From Octopus bimaculoides (lineage: Eukaryota): a stretch of DNA of 64,000 bases. Each line of letters starts with the position of its first letter. Within the stretch, counting starts at the first letter, position 1. The notes under the pieces are model-generated. The model saw only the letters and a program-made list of their open reading frames with translations. It ran no database searches and was not told the DNA's origin. Positions 1 through 13,709 of the stretch are shown here, in pieces. The stretch covers positions 160,108,200 through 160,172,199 of the forward strand of contig NC_068982.1 in NCBI RefSeq assembly GCF_001194135.2, given 5' to 3'. The position numbers and the translations under genes are program-made.

Positions 1-225
1 ATATATGTGTGTGTGTGTCTGTTTGTCCCCCCAACATCGCTTGACAACCGATGCTGGTGTGTTTACGTCTCCGTAACTTAGTGGTTCGGCAAAAGAGACC
101 GATAGAATAAGTACTAGGCTTCCAAAGAATAAGTCCTGGGGTCGATTTGCTCGACTAAAGGTGGTGCTCCAGCATGGCCGCAGTCAAATGACTGAAACAA
201 CTAAAAGAGTAAAAGAGTAAAAGAG

Positions 226-227
<2 letters not shown>
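1..227 (+). mobile_element. SINE family A, 3' half
   Basis: Near-identical to 11215-11418 (tttgtccccccaacatcgcttgacaaccgatgctgg...gcggtgctccagcatggccgcagtcaaatgactgaaacaa), ending in AAAGAGT tail repeats. Confidence 0.9.
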
Positions 228-258
<31 letters not shown>

Positions 259-1699
259 ATGGTCAAATTTGTAATCGCTTGATGCTTACTGCTATTACAA
301 TTCCTTTTCCCTGTAGCCTGTGCAATACTGGTCAGATATTTGTTTAAGATAGATGACTTAGTTTTATGAATAATATCATTTCGATCAAATTCTTTTCTTC
401 TACCAAGCAGTTCATTGTGACTCCGAAGAAAAATGTGTTGGACTGTTCTCTGTTCTTACAGTGGATTGACTATGGACAATTGGATTAATACGATTGAACT
501 AGACCCCTTCAATTTTTCTCAGTAATGTAAGCCTTCAATAAATGAGTTCAATCGAGTATGTTTTATCACATCCATAATTTTATTTAGCAGTTATTTACAG
601 CACCTTTTCTTGACTTACGCGCGTTTCAACTGCATTGACTGCATACCGTTGGTTATGCAACATGATGTCATGGTCGCTGCAATTTCAGGCTCCTTACTTC
701 CTACCGTTTCGAAGTGAAACTGAAGGAATCAACAAACTGAATGAATAAAGTCTTTTTTTTAAGAGGTATAGATGCTACTATTAATAGTTGTAGGAATCTT
801 GACCTAGGGTTCACCTCTACTAAATGTGGTAGGTGAACCGAAACAGTCCTAAATATGCGTCAAGGTTGGATTGAATGTTTAAGTAGATTTATCATTACTA
901 CTAGAAGTTTACCATTCCACTCATTTCAAAGAGAATATTCTTAGTTTAGAGGTAATCAATCAATTTTAATGTATCATTTTTTTGGCTCTTGCTTTCACAA
1001 TTGCTATTCTAATAATTTCTATTATCATTTAAAGTATAATATGTTTATTTGAATTGCTTAAATGTAAATTACCTTGCATGAAGGCATCTTAAAGTACGTT
1101 CTTATCTTGCATTTATTAGAAGATTTAGTACATTTCCTCTACGCACAACTCTCACCTTTTACCCCATATTCTATAAGATTTAGCCTTTCTAATAATATCC
1201 TAGCCAATTGAATATATCTTGTTACTATCTTTCAGCGACTAAATTAATTTACTAAGGCTAGTATAATTTTTTGTCCTTATAGCTGAAAGAATTTTCATGA
1301 TTAGCTATTTTTTGTTTGATAGCTGGCAACTATATAGGCATACACGTAACTTTGCACCTGTAAATTACATATTTAATCTAACAATCACAGATTAAAGGAC
1401 AGTGTGTATTTCTTGCGCAATCACAGATATTAGCTCTTCAAATTCTGTTATCATTTTCAATATTGGTTTCATTAAGAGTAACCCCTAACTTATTTTATCT
1501 ATTTTCCAGGTTATTTCTTGTGTTCCTATTGATGAAATTCGGGTACTGCACTTTCATACGTTAATGTCTTCCCTTTCTAGTCTCACGTTTGAGTTAGTTA
1601 AGGTTACTTCCCTTCGATTAGGGCTTCTGCTATAGCTATTTCTTGCGCTCAATTATATTAACATCCATACTATTTATTGTTAATCCATTATTTATATTC

Positions 1700-2870
1700 G
1701 GGTTAGTGCAATCAGTATTCTCATGAAAATTACTTACGTTATTCTCACTGTGTGCGGCTATAATTTGTGGGAGGTTTCGGCTATATGAAAATGCAAGAAT
1801 TTTTATGTCTATTAAACACTTTAAAGTATCTGCTATTTTTTGGAAAGTATTACTCCGATTCCGAGTAGAACAATTTGGGACTGCTGGAAAGAACACACAT
1901 TCCGAAGGGAATTATATACAACTCAATATTACTAGTGATATTTTTACTCGAGAAATTTTTGCTATAGTTGCCTGCAGATTTAGCTAACTACCTGGTAAAA
2001 GTATTTAATCTATTTCCCCTATTTTATATATTTTGTCCGCTTATTATTACAATTATTAATTATTTGTGGACTGGTTGTCATAGTAGTTAACTCCTTTATC
2101 CGAGTGCAGCCTACTAAAGTTTCGATTCTTAATACCTTATCTGGCCCTAAAGATCAGTACCAATCTTCATATTTGTTGGTATTCTTTTGTTTTTCCAAGT
2201 GTTCAAAATTTCTCCCCTTATCTCTCCTATTATTCCTTAGCTGTCTATTATTATTTTTTTTTTGTTACCTAGTACACAGCGATTATTGTTATGATTGTCC
2301 TTCTTACTACGTCTTTTGTATTCTCTCGTTGCTTTTGTTGTAGAATTTTACTTTTCCTTTATATTCTGTTTTATCCAGTGCTAAATTATAAAATCCTCGT
2401 TTGTTTGAAAATGTCTTCGTTCGCTGATAGGTTGGAAATACGAGTAGATACGTTCTCTACTATTGACTGGGCTATGCATCTAGCGTGATTACAAGTTTTT
2501 ACTTATGTATCTAATGTTTGTATTTGGTTTATCAAAATACTTATAACTCTCTGCACTTAAAAATCTAAAGTAACATCAAGAGAGTTGACTGACTCATGTT
2601 CGTTCTCTATTGATATGAATAGTCTCAGGTTCTTAAAGAATTAAAAAAATGTCCTGTATTTCTCTATCTCTAGGCTTGAGGGGTTAGCCCAGGTGAAAGT
2701 TGTATCATCTTTGTATATACACCCTCCTATTTCAGGGAAATTCTTTGTTTATGCTAAATAGTAAATAGATTCGTACTAAGTCCGTAACTTGTGCAGAATC
2801 TGTTGATCTTTTCGCCAGGTATTGTTGGGTAAATAATATTTTTTAGTAATATTTAAACCAGAAGGGATAT
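1700..2870 (-). mobile_element. Degenerate Penelope-like element, RT core/thumb and linker remnant
   Basis: Manual minus-strand translation gives IGGCIYKDDT (YxDD-like, ~2700-2735), SVNSLDVTLD, QSIVENVSTRISNLSANEDIFK and FSYSRNLPQIIAAH, which resemble PLE RT and linker motifs. Many stops and frameshifts. Confidence 0.6.
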
Positions 2871-2873
<3 letters not shown>

Positions 2874-2954
<81 letters not shown>

Positions 2955-3105
2955 AAGAGAGAGAGAGAGGGAGAGAGAGAGAGAGAAGGAAACACAGATA
3001 GATTGATTGATAGATAGGTAGGTAGAGAGGGAGATGGAGAGTGAGAGAGACAGACAAGGAAAGAGAGAAGGAGAAAGAGAAGGAAAGAGGGAGAGAAAGC
3101 GAGGG
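2874..3105. repeat. (GA)n microsatellite with degenerate purine-rich extension
   Basis: Directly visible; explains the SLSLSL ORFs. Confidence 0.95.
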
Positions 3106-4621
3106 AATAATTGAGTAGATATACAGAGATAAAAACAAGACAAAATATCGTCTGCACTTTTAAGCTCACTGTCTTATATTCAGAAGAAATAGAATAATTC
3201 TTATAGTCCCATACTCACCTGGAAGAATGTGCTAGAAAATAATCGACTAGCAAAACAGAAATAGACCAGGACTGACGTTATAAACGTTATACACAGTTCA
3301 GTTATTTCTTCCTTTAGAAGGCAATTCTTCCAAACACTAGAGAAACAGCTATCTTCGGAATATCAGAGAGAAATTGACGGAAAATGCACTTTTAAGTGTA
3401 GGAAGTTATATAAAAAGAATAACAGACTCTCGGAAAGAGAAGTAACTTTTTTTATAAGACAGCAAAATCACAGAATGTAGAGACACAAATAATATAGCAT
3501 ACACAACTATAATTACATACATAATTCTCAACAAACGTATCACATTTTATTGAGGAATCCACAATATATTCTACATGGAACAACACACAACTTGAAATAA
3601 ATATAAGTGGAAAAGAAAAAAAATATCTCTTCGACTACATTGGAAATCTTGATAGAAGAAAATGAAAAAAATAAACTCAAACAAATTTTCTCAGAATGAA
3701 GAATGAGCGTTCTTATCGAAAATAGCATTCCTCTAAAAAGAATACGCAACAGAGAAAAATGCAAATATAGCAATAGAGAAAATTGTCCAGGAACCAAGTG
3801 AGGAAATAGATATAACCTACATAAATCACATATACTACAGAAATACTGGTATAATATGTAAAAAAAGTAAATATTGATGGAAAAGAAATAACAGTGACTG
3901 AGATAAATAAAAATACAGAAAAAATATTAGCTAAAACAAGAGAAAGTTACCAAAATTAACAGAATTACAGAATCACTTTAGTAAAGTATTTAAAGGAAAA
4001 CAATATTGAGATCGTGAAACATGGAATTAGATATGAAGAAACTTATCAGAAGTAACGCATCTACAACAGGCGTTGGTGTTGGCCAAGTTGCATGGTAAAG
4101 ACGTTAGTTTAGCAATTCCATATTTTCAGGTTCGATGTCTCTGAAAATAAATGTACATGTGTATTCTGTTATGTACTTTGATAGACCAAACCTTATATAC
4201 AAAATTTTATAACTGAGGAAGAATATCCAAAGAACCTTTCCTAATTCGGGTGATAGGCTTAATCAATCGCCTTTTTTGCACAATCAATAAACTTGAGTAA
4301 CTTTATCGGTTACACTTTGTTGCAAGACATTCGGTCCAAGTAACTGTTTTTAGATACTCTCCACCTTTCATCTCACCAATTTCAAAAGACCTAAGAAAGA
4401 CTATGGGTACCATGATCTTTCCTCTGACTTCGTGAGAAGAAATAACAAGCAATGCTTTTAAAAATACGAGACAAAAATCTAATACATTACAAAATCTAAA
4501 AAAAGAGAAGCAAATATGAAACCTGTGAAAAGAAAATACATCAACCAATTGAGGATATTCAACGATTTTTAAATTGAGACATGAAGGATAACATTATCTA
4601 CTATGACAGATAGATCTAATT

Positions 4622-4770
4622 ATCATAGGCACAAAACCAGCATGTACGGGTGAATGGACTGGTCAATTACATCGATCCCAGTTTGCAACTGGTGCCCGTT
4701 TTATTTAACGTTAAGACGGACGAAATGCCACTAAACGTTTTGCCCGGCGTGCTAACGATTTTGTCAGCTA
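4622..4770 (-). mobile_element. SINE family B, internally deleted copy
   Basis: caattacatcgatcccag and cccggcgtgctaacgattttgtcagct match the reverse complement of the family B tail and head. Confidence 0.65.
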
Positions 4771-4927
4771 GGTAACCTCAGCAGACGTCATATTAAGTAT
4801 GGATATCAAAACATGCGGTTGCAAATTATAAGCTAAATGGGGGAAAAGAACTAGAAAGAAGTGATCAGTGGAATCTGAAAACTCAGATTAAAAATCACAA
4901 TATCACAGACAGTGTATGCAATATAAT

Positions 4928-5135
4928 TTCAAATTTTGACATAATTCTAGCAATTTCGGGTTAGGTAGTAAGTCGATTACATCGATCCCAGTGTTCAACT
5001 GGTACATATTTTATCGACCCTGAAAGAATGAAAGGCGAAGTCGGCCTCGGCGGGATTTGAAATTAGAATGTAAAGCTGAACGAAAAGCAACTAAGCATTT
5101 TGCCTAGCTTGGTAACGATTCTGCCAGCACGCTGC
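4928..5135 (-). mobile_element. SINE family B (tRNA head; central domain resembles Meta/Sauria type)
   Basis: Aligns by eye to the reverse complement of 12638-12835 and 30731-30940 (aagtcgattacatcgatcccagtgttcaactggtac...ttatcgaccctgaaagaatgaaaggc). Confidence 0.85.
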
Positions 5136-5306
5136 ATATCAAACGATTAGAGTATTTCTCATTAATTAATGAGGTTAAAAAACTATATTGTAGTAAACAA
5201 GTACATTTGAAGGCAAGGGGACAAGGGAATGCATTATATGAAACCCAGCGACAACAGAAGGAACACACAAGCAATACACGAGGAACAATTATGCGAGTAA
5301 AGGAAA

Positions 5307-5368
5307 TGAAAAGTCCGGAAAACTATATGGAAGCAAAGAAATTGAAAAGTCCGGAAAACTATATGGAA
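5307..5368 (+). repeat. 26-bp direct repeat, period 36
   Basis: tgaaaagtccggaaaactatatggaa at 5307-5332 and 5343-5368. Confidence 0.9.
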
Positions 5369-7562
5369 TGAATGATGGAAAATTAAATATAAAGAGCAGG
5401 TATAATGAATTAGAATGAAGCGAGAAGGAAAGCGAATGTAAAATTTACCGAGAAATAATCGGTAACTGAGGAGTAGCAACCATGCAGACTTTATAAACAT
5501 GTATGCTTGAAATATACTTTTGTTTGAGTTTGTTTCCTTTTTTTTTCTTTTTTTTTTTTGCTAGCGTTTACATTTATAGGAGAGATTAATTCAGAATATG
5601 GATAATTCCAGTCCTTTGTACTAGACTGGACTGAGAAAGATATGTCAAAAGAGTGTTAACGGCAGACCTTTTTAATGCGAATATAGGCGATTTCAGCTAC
5701 ATTTCTCAAATGAAGGAATATTAGGCTTGGTGTTCAATACAACATAGATCAAACATATGGGTACGAGTACCGATGCGCTACACACGCAACTACACATATA
5801 GACAAATACATAAATAAATGAATGTTAGTGAGTGAGTGTATGATTTGTGTATTTGTTTGGACAAGGGTAAATAGCATACATTTTTATACAAATATCATAA
5901 AATAGAGTCTAGAAGGGATTCATGGAAATCATGGAAATATTCTGAGAGCCTATTTTGTTTAACTTGAGAATGTCTACCTTAACGTATGCGATATATAAAT
6001 AATAACTACTCTGGCTTTTTTTTTTTTAACAAAGTGTGTTATTTTTTATCTCACATGAGCCTCAGAACATAAACGCATATAAATTTCGAACGTATGTTGT
6101 GATTATTTGACTCAATCCGATTTCGTGTAGTTAACAATAATATAAATGCCATGGTATCAATATGTAAAAAATTTGGAATGTTATAGCAAATATCGGAGGG
6201 GTACATTTCAAAATATTCCTCATGTTTCCGAAAAAAAAAAAAAAACTAAGATAATATTTATTTTATGACCTATATATTTCCATAAAGAGACGCGATTATT
6301 TATGTATCAGATTTCTCCAATTTCATTTATAATCAGACGTATATTTTCTGTTCTGTATGAAGCAATCTAAACAAATACGTACTCAAGCGCACAAGCAGTA
6401 ATATATATAATATGCACATTATTGGACACACAGAGAAATTCACGGCCATGTACGTGTATATTTAGCATTTCTGATCCAAGATGGTACAGTTAAGTGATTT
6501 ATATTTATAGATAGAAATATTTCAAATTAATTATGTATCCCAACATGTATGTGTGTTTGTGTATGTATATAAGTGTGCTTGCGTGAAGCTATGTATGTAT
6601 GTATCTCTCTCTCTATTTATCTGCCTACCGCCCACGCTCCTCTCTCTCTCTCTCTCTCCCTTTCTTTCTATATATATATATATATATATATATGAATATT
6701 TACATATACGTGTGTGTGTCTGTGTATACACACACGCTTTTGTAAATCTATACATATGTATACACACACACACACACACACATATGTGTGTGTGTGTGTG
6801 TACGTGCATATGAGCTTGTGTGTGTCTGTTTTATGTGTGTGTGTGAGAGTGTATAGCACTTAAGTAATTTCTCGAAATTAAGTAGGGTTTTCAATTCGAA
6901 GACAGTGCTATGTAGTAGGCCATTCTCTAGTATATCATTACAACTGTCAACAATATATACGCCTGGATAAGCAGAATCTATAGGTGAATGTTTAGGTATA
7001 TAGTACTTTCTGTTTCTTTATCGATTTGTGAAAATACGCGCTGGGAATTGACTTGCATATATGGAAAACGAAGAAGTTATTTGAGTTGAGAAAACGAAGG
7101 ATTTCAGGAACTGTATCTAGTAGAAATTTTTGTAGGAAGTCAAATAGGAAATGATCGATGTGCTAAATAAATATCAGCATTTCTAGATATACGGGCCGAT
7201 TATTTTTACTTCATCGATTTTGTAGTAAGAGATAAAAATAAGTATGGAAGTAAATAATAAGAAAGTGAAAAATGGAATTGCAATGTCGGAAGCGAAATAT
7301 AAGGACAAACATGTTTGCGATTTTAAATATGCTACTAGAGTGTTTTGATTGACGTCGAGTTTCTGCTCGACATTATAACCTATCTCCTATGCTAAATGTG
7401 AACGAGCAATGGTAGATATAACGTATATGAAAGCTACTCCTTTGTTTGAGACTTAAAAAAACCCATTAGAGGTTTCTCGTTACGCATTTGTATATGATGT
7501 GGTACATAAATTTATACATAGACAATACATAAAAGCACACACACACACACACACACACACAC

Positions 7563-8548
7563 NNNNNNNNNNNNNNNNNNNNNNNNNNNNNNNNNNNNNN
7601 NNNNNNNNNNNNNNNNNNNNNNNNNNNNNNNNNNNNNNNNNNNNNNNNNNNNNNNNNNNNNNNNNNNNNNNNNNNNNNNNNNNNNNNNNNNNNNNNNNNN
7701 NNNNNNNNNNNNNNNNNNNNNNNNNNNNNNNNNNNNNNNNNNNNNNNNNNNNNNNNNNNNNNNNNNNNNNNNNNNNNNNNNNNNNNNNNNNNNNNNNNNN
7801 NNNNNNNNNNNNNNNNNNNNNNNNNNNNNNNNNNNNNNNNNNNNNNNNNNNNNNNNNNNNNNNNNNNNNNNNNNNNNNNNNNNNNNNNNNNNNNNNNNNN
7901 NNNNNNNNNNNNNNNNNNNNNNNNNNNNNNNNNNNNNNNNNNNNNNNNNNNNNNNNNNNNNNNNNNNNNNNNNNNNNNNNNNNNNNNNNNNNNNNNNNNN
8001 NNNNNNNNNNNNNNNNNNNNNNNNNNNNNNNNNNNNNNNNNNNNNNNNNNNNNNNNNNNNNNNNNNNNNNNNNNNNNNNNNNNNNNNNNNNNNNNNNNNN
8101 NNNNNNNNNNNNNNNNNNNNNNNNNNNNNNNNNNNNNNNNNNNNNNNNNNNNNNNNNNNNNNNNNNNNNNNNNNNNNNNNNNNNNNNNNNNNNNNNNNNN
8201 NNNNNNNNNNNNNNNNNNNNNNNNNNNNNNNNNNNNNNNNNNNNNNNNNNNNNNNNNNNNNNNNNNNNNNNNNNNNNNNNNNNNNNNNNNNNNNNNNNNN
8301 NNNNNNNNNNNNNNNNNNNNNNNNNNNNNNNNNNNNNNNNNNNNNNNNNNNNNNNNNNNNNNNNNNNNNNNNNNNNNNNNNNNNNNNNNNNNNNNNNNNN
8401 NNNNNNNNNNNNNNNNNNNNNNNNNNNNNNNNNNNNNNNNNNNNNNNNNNNNNNNNNNNNNNNNNNNNNNNNNNNNNNNNNNNNNNNNNNNNNNNNNNNN
8501 NNNNNNNNNNNNNNNNNNNNNNNNNNNNNNNNNNNNNNNNNNNNNNNN
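7563..8548. other. Assembly gap between (CA)n and (TA)n; largest of about 17 gaps
   Basis: Run of N. Other gaps include 11421-11711, 14870-15094, 16828-17057, 34224-34746, 38126-38287, 49984-50248, 60856-61286 and 62923-63119, most flanked by microsatellites. Confidence 0.99.
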
Positions 8549-8847
8549 TATATATATATATATATACACATATACATATATTATATATACACACACACAT
8601 ATATGTATGATGGTATTCGTTTTACCTGTCATTTTACATCTTACATATTTCTTCCTGCCAATAATCCAACTCATATACTGACAGATAAATCAATATACGA
8701 ATCTTTCCTCAATAGACTTACTCCCATTGCAGTTTTATTCTTCTTTTGTCAATATTGTTCTTTAGTGCTACCAAATGACAATTCGTTAGAAAATCGTAAG
8801 CGTCAAACGTACAAATTTAACCATATTGTTTTCTTTCGTTGAACGCT

Positions 8848-8849
8848 TA

Positions 8850-8931
<82 letters not shown>
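8848..8931. repeat. (TTA)n microsatellite
   Basis: Directly visible. Confidence 0.95.
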
Positions 8932-8932
<1 letters not shown>

Positions 8933-9429
8933 GTTGACGATGATGATGAAGNNNNNNNNNNTTATTATTATTATGTTGACGATGATGATGAAGAAGAAAT
9001 GAGTAGAAAATGTACGAGTTACTTTGAACGAAATAAATGTCAGTCACGAAACTGAAATTTAAGGAAGTACTCATTCTATAATGTTGGCTCAGAATGACTT
9101 GGACAGTGTAAGAATTTAGAAAATCCCTGTAGACTTACGATAGAAAAGAAGTTAATTTTGCTCCTTTGTGAATAAAAGTTTTCAGCCTTTTACTGATAAT
9201 ATGTGAAAAGTCAAATTTATGAATAACGCCCTTAAGGAAGAGAAGAGAGGTGAGATTCTTTCGTCGTCACTCGGTCTTTTAGAAATAACCATATCTCTCT
9301 TAAGCAAGCTGGATTATCGTTAAAAAAATAGGATAATAAGAATAATGTAGTCATTTATATTCTAGGCTTGGAAATAAGAGATGGAATGATAAAAGGCTGA
9401 GGCGTCATATATCATAGATCTACTCTAAC

Positions 9430-10050
9430 CAGGTTGAATGTTGCTACAGAAAACCAGTAGCATTATGCCGTTATTTATGTAACTTTGGATATATTTTGCC
9501 GAATTAATATCAATTATTGGCAAGTCATTCAGTAGAGAGTTTCTATTCATATTATGGAAAAATTTCATGCATTGAAATAAAGATTGTATGAATTGTACAG
9601 ACATCGATATATCGCTGATTATCACCTTTATAAATAAGAGGTGCCATATCTAATTAATACATTCCTATAGGATGTCAATTGGTGGTACTAACGGCACCCT
9701 GTGTTATATTGACTACCAGAAGAATAATTGTAACATTGTTAGGCATTTATAAAAGATGACACCTTTTACCGATGTTTATACAATGCAATTTTCGAATCAA
9801 AATATCAATTAATCATCACCCTTATTAGAATACTTCTCCATGAATCAAGCTATGAGTATTTGGTTTCTATTATGAGAATTATAATATAAAGATATACCGG
9901 AAGAATATTTGCTTCGATTGTACATACTTCTAAAATATCCTATAAAAGACGGCTGTTCATGTTTTAAAAAGATAAATGTCAAAGTGCAATTATGATACTT
10001 GAAAACGAAATTGAAATAAAAAAAAATTCCTGCATAAGATTTTGCAGAGG
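9430..10050 (+). mobile_element. Highly degenerate PLE RT remnant
   Basis: Fragments WKNF..NKDC..TDID, VPYLIN and AFIKDDT occur in PLE-RT order. ccatatctaattaat is shared with 21370. Confidence 0.35.
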
Positions 10051-10981
10051 TCAACTATTCAGTCAATGAAATACTATTTTACTGAAGTACTTAAATGATT
10101 CATCGGATATCGATATCAGTGTAGTATAACTGGGAAAGATTATACAATAAATCGATCCTTTCCAAAACTAGATGTTATAATTACTGCAGCAATAACAATT
10201 GTAGTTATCTTGAAAAATAGTAATAGCTGAGGTTAATGTTCGTCTTTTATGTGCAAGTTGAAGGGAATTGTGTGTTCTGATAGATTCCGTTATGGGTCTT
10301 TACTTTGTAATAGCTTGTCTAAAGATAGATTTACAGTCGGGCTCTGTATAGCATAAATTTCAAATAGAAATATGTGCTATAGACAACTAGCATACCGGTA
10401 TACACACACATATTTTCTAAATTGGCAGCATAAAGACAGTAGTTTGTAACAAAGTTAAGAATCTTTAGTTTTGGTTTGATGTAACTTATTGTTCCTGCAA
10501 TTCCAATTGCACTTAACGCACTCTAATAGCATAGCAAGAAAATACCAGGAAGTTAAAATGTTTTGAGGTGCCTTAATTGCCTATATAATATTTAATTCCT
10601 TTCCTATGGTATATTAGAACTGGACCGCATACAACGAATATTATGTATCAGTGGACGAAATTCATTAGCAAAGTAGTTTGCATGTCAGTTTTATTCTGTG
10701 CCCAAACTCGTGAGTCTATAACGAGGGCATTCCACTCCAAATGAATAGCAGTAAAATGTATTTTAAAATCAAATTGCAACGTTTAATAGATATCCCCAAA
10801 TGACAATATATATTTAATGTCTCTTGATTATTGTCATTGCTTCAGTTCAGTATTTGAAAACGTGTATATCAATGTGTTTCTGAGCTTGGTCTTATGTATA
10901 TTTCCATACGCATGCGAATGTTTAATTCGTACGTATCTGCATGCAGGTGTATGTGCGTATATGTGTAGGGATACACATACA

Positions 10982-11025
<44 letters not shown>

Positions 11026-11418
11026 GGCGCAGGAGTGGCTGTGTGGTAAATAACTTACTTACCAACCACATGGTTCCGGGTTCAGTCCCACTGCGTGGCA
11101 CCTTGGGCAAGTGCCTTCTACTATAGCCTCGGGCCGACCAAAGCCTTGTGAGTGGGTTTGGTAGACGGAAACTGAAAGAAGCACGTATACATATGTGTGT
11201 GTGTTTGTGTGTGTGTGTGTTTGTCCCCCCAACATCGCTTGACAACCGATGCTGGTGTGTTTATGTCCCCGTAATCTAGCGGTTCGGCAAAAAGCGACCG
11301 ATAGAATAAGTACTAGGCTTACAAAGAAAAAGCCCTGGGGTCGATTTTTCCTACTAAAGGCGGTGCTCCAGCATGGCCGCAGTCAAATGACTGAAACAAG
11401 TAAAAGAGTAAAAGAATA
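11026..11418 (+). mobile_element. SINE family A, full length (tRNA-derived head, CORE-like segment, internal microsatellite)
   Basis: A box TGGCTGTGTGG, B box GGTTCAGTCCC, gcaccttgggcaagtg segment, internal (TA)/(TG) tract, AAAAGAGT tail. Confidence 0.92.
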
Positions 11419-11711
11419 CANNNNNNNNNNNNNNNNNNNNNNNNNNNNNNNNNNNNNNNNNNNNNNNNNNNNNNNNNNNNNNNNNNNNNNNNNNNNNNNN
11501 NNNNNNNNNNNNNNNNNNNNNNNNNNNNNNNNNNNNNNNNNNNNNNNNNNNNNNNNNNNNNNNNNNNNNNNNNNNNNNNNNNNNNNNNNNNNNNNNNNNN
11601 NNNNNNNNNNNNNNNNNNNNNNNNNNNNNNNNNNNNNNNNNNNNNNNNNNNNNNNNNNNNNNNNNNNNNNNNNNNNNNNNNNNNNNNNNNNNNNNNNNNN
11701 NNNNNNNNNNN

Positions 11712-11744
<33 letters not shown>

Positions 11745-11760
11745 TATATGTATATATACA

Positions 11761-11796
<36 letters not shown>

Positions 11797-12637
11797 TGTA
11801 TGTATGTATGTACATCTTACCGTATAAATGTTGACTGGAAACAAAGGATAATAGAAGTTGTATTCATAAATATATCTGGAGGCAAATATTTAATTTGAAA
11901 TACCTGATTGGTTAATTCAAATCAACATTTCCATTACATTTTTTATCTCCAAATATCTCACTGCGTTTATAAATATTTTCTTCAAGCTATTTTAAACAAC
12001 CTGAATATTAGTTATTTTTCTATTCATATTTTGTAAAAGAACAGCAATTTTGTACATGAAATCACCAACTTTTTGTATTATTCTTCAATGCAAGATAATT
12101 TATTCTCTCTACACAGTATATTTTGTTTTTGAATAAGTATAGAATCATAGCCAGTTGAAATATGCTATAGGCTTCAGAAGTTGTAGAGAGATGTTTTATG
12201 TAAGTGTTTAACTAAGAGTGTCTAATGAATAAAAGTAATAGTGAAGACTGAAATTCATATATGCCTGCCGTAAACATGTGATTCAGTACAATGCTATTGT
12301 TTAATACCTGGCATGCTCTCTGAAAGTACTGAAACGATCAAAAGTGTTCCAGCCAGCTCTGTCTAAATTAACCAGTTTTGTTTTACTTTAAAATAGCAGG
12401 CTATTACTTGAAGGATTTTGCTCTGCTAATTCCAACAGTTAGAGCTATTATATAAAATTTCCCTCGTATAGTTTAGTATACTGTCTGAGGTAGACTGGTG
12501 AAAAAGCATTAAGAACATGGTGTAATATGGTGCAGAGTGGTGCGACGCCTAAATAATTCTGACGACACATGGCACAGGTAACAGAAAGACAGGGATTGTG
12601 ATGTTATTGTTGCTGTTGTTATTATTATTATTATTAA

Positions 12638-12835
12638 GGCGGTGAGCTGGTAGAATCTTTAGCACTGCTTAGAGACATTTCGTCCGTCTTTACGTTCTAA
12701 ATTCGAAATCCGTCGACAGAAACTTTGCCTTTCATCCTTTCGGGATCGATTAAATAAGTACCAGTTGAACATTAGGGTCGATGTAATCGACTTAACCTTA
12801 CCCCGAAATTGTTGGCCGTGTGCCAAAAATTTGAA
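12638..12835 (+). mobile_element. SINE family B
   Basis: ggcggtgagctggtagaatc head and gcctttcatcctttcgggatcgattaaataagtaccagttg...gggtcgatgtaatcgact core, following a (TTA)n tract. Confidence 0.88.
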
Positions 12836-12843
12836 TATTTGAA

Positions 12844-12877
<34 letters not shown>

Positions 12878-13709
12878 ATTGTTGTTGTTGTTGTTCAGCC
12901 AAATGTTGTGCCTGATAAAGTAAATCTGTAATAAAAGGCATTCAGAATATGAGACTCGCGCATTTTGAAAACATTGCTCATAAGAGAACATATTATGTAA
13001 GTTATCATCGTTACTTTAACACACCTTGATGCTATTTGGTGGTGATATTGCTTCTATTTCATATAACAGTTATTTCATTGATTCGCCAAGAAGTTTCCCT
13101 GTTTGCAGAAAAAATTTTCTGTGGGTTCAGTTAAAATAACTCAATATTTATAAGAATACATGGCTAATATAAATTTAAATTGCTAATAAATCTTTTGAAG
13201 ACGAATATACACAGATCTGACGCATTTCGGCCACATCCAAGGAGCAAATGAACTAAATTTCTCCACAACAGGACAGGGCAAATTTCCATCGATTACGTTT
13301 ATGATATCCGATGAAACTTCGCTTTCATTGATCTTGTTTTTCTTTCAAAATTGCGTTGCATGAATTGTTTCCTGCAGAAGATTACAAAGAAGTCCATTTC
13401 ATAATTCGAGCTACTCCTATTTTGCGATAACAAAATACAAACAGCTTTAGGTTACGCAAATTCAAACATATATACTTATGTGCCTTAGCATGCATATTTA
13501 TGCGCATAGACATATATATGTACACCATATACGTTCATACATATTTTCATAAATATATACTAAATACATGTCTGTCTGTCTATCTATTTATCTATATATA
13601 TAATGGGTAAAATATTATTATAAAATCTGGTAATTATTCATATATTAATTAATATCGATTAAAGAATCAAAGAGATTCAGAAATATTATCTGCAATCTCA
13701 GGGGGTTAA

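Noticed and set aside
611-689. Hammerhead near-miss on the minus strand (CCUGA-AAUUGCA...UGCAGUU-GAAAC-GCGC-GUA)
   Set aside because: The core lacks NGA after CUGA and no stem I can form; at best a dead relic.
3211-3222. Match to the U1 snRNA 5' end (atactcacctgg)
   Set aside because: Only 11 of 12 nt match with no downstream U1 sequence; it is the complement of a splice donor.
7466-8842. Long ORFs in the track (and similar ones at 11249, 14656, 16607, 34086, 49789, 60803, 62754)
   Set aside because: They are open only because they run through N-gaps and microsatellites.
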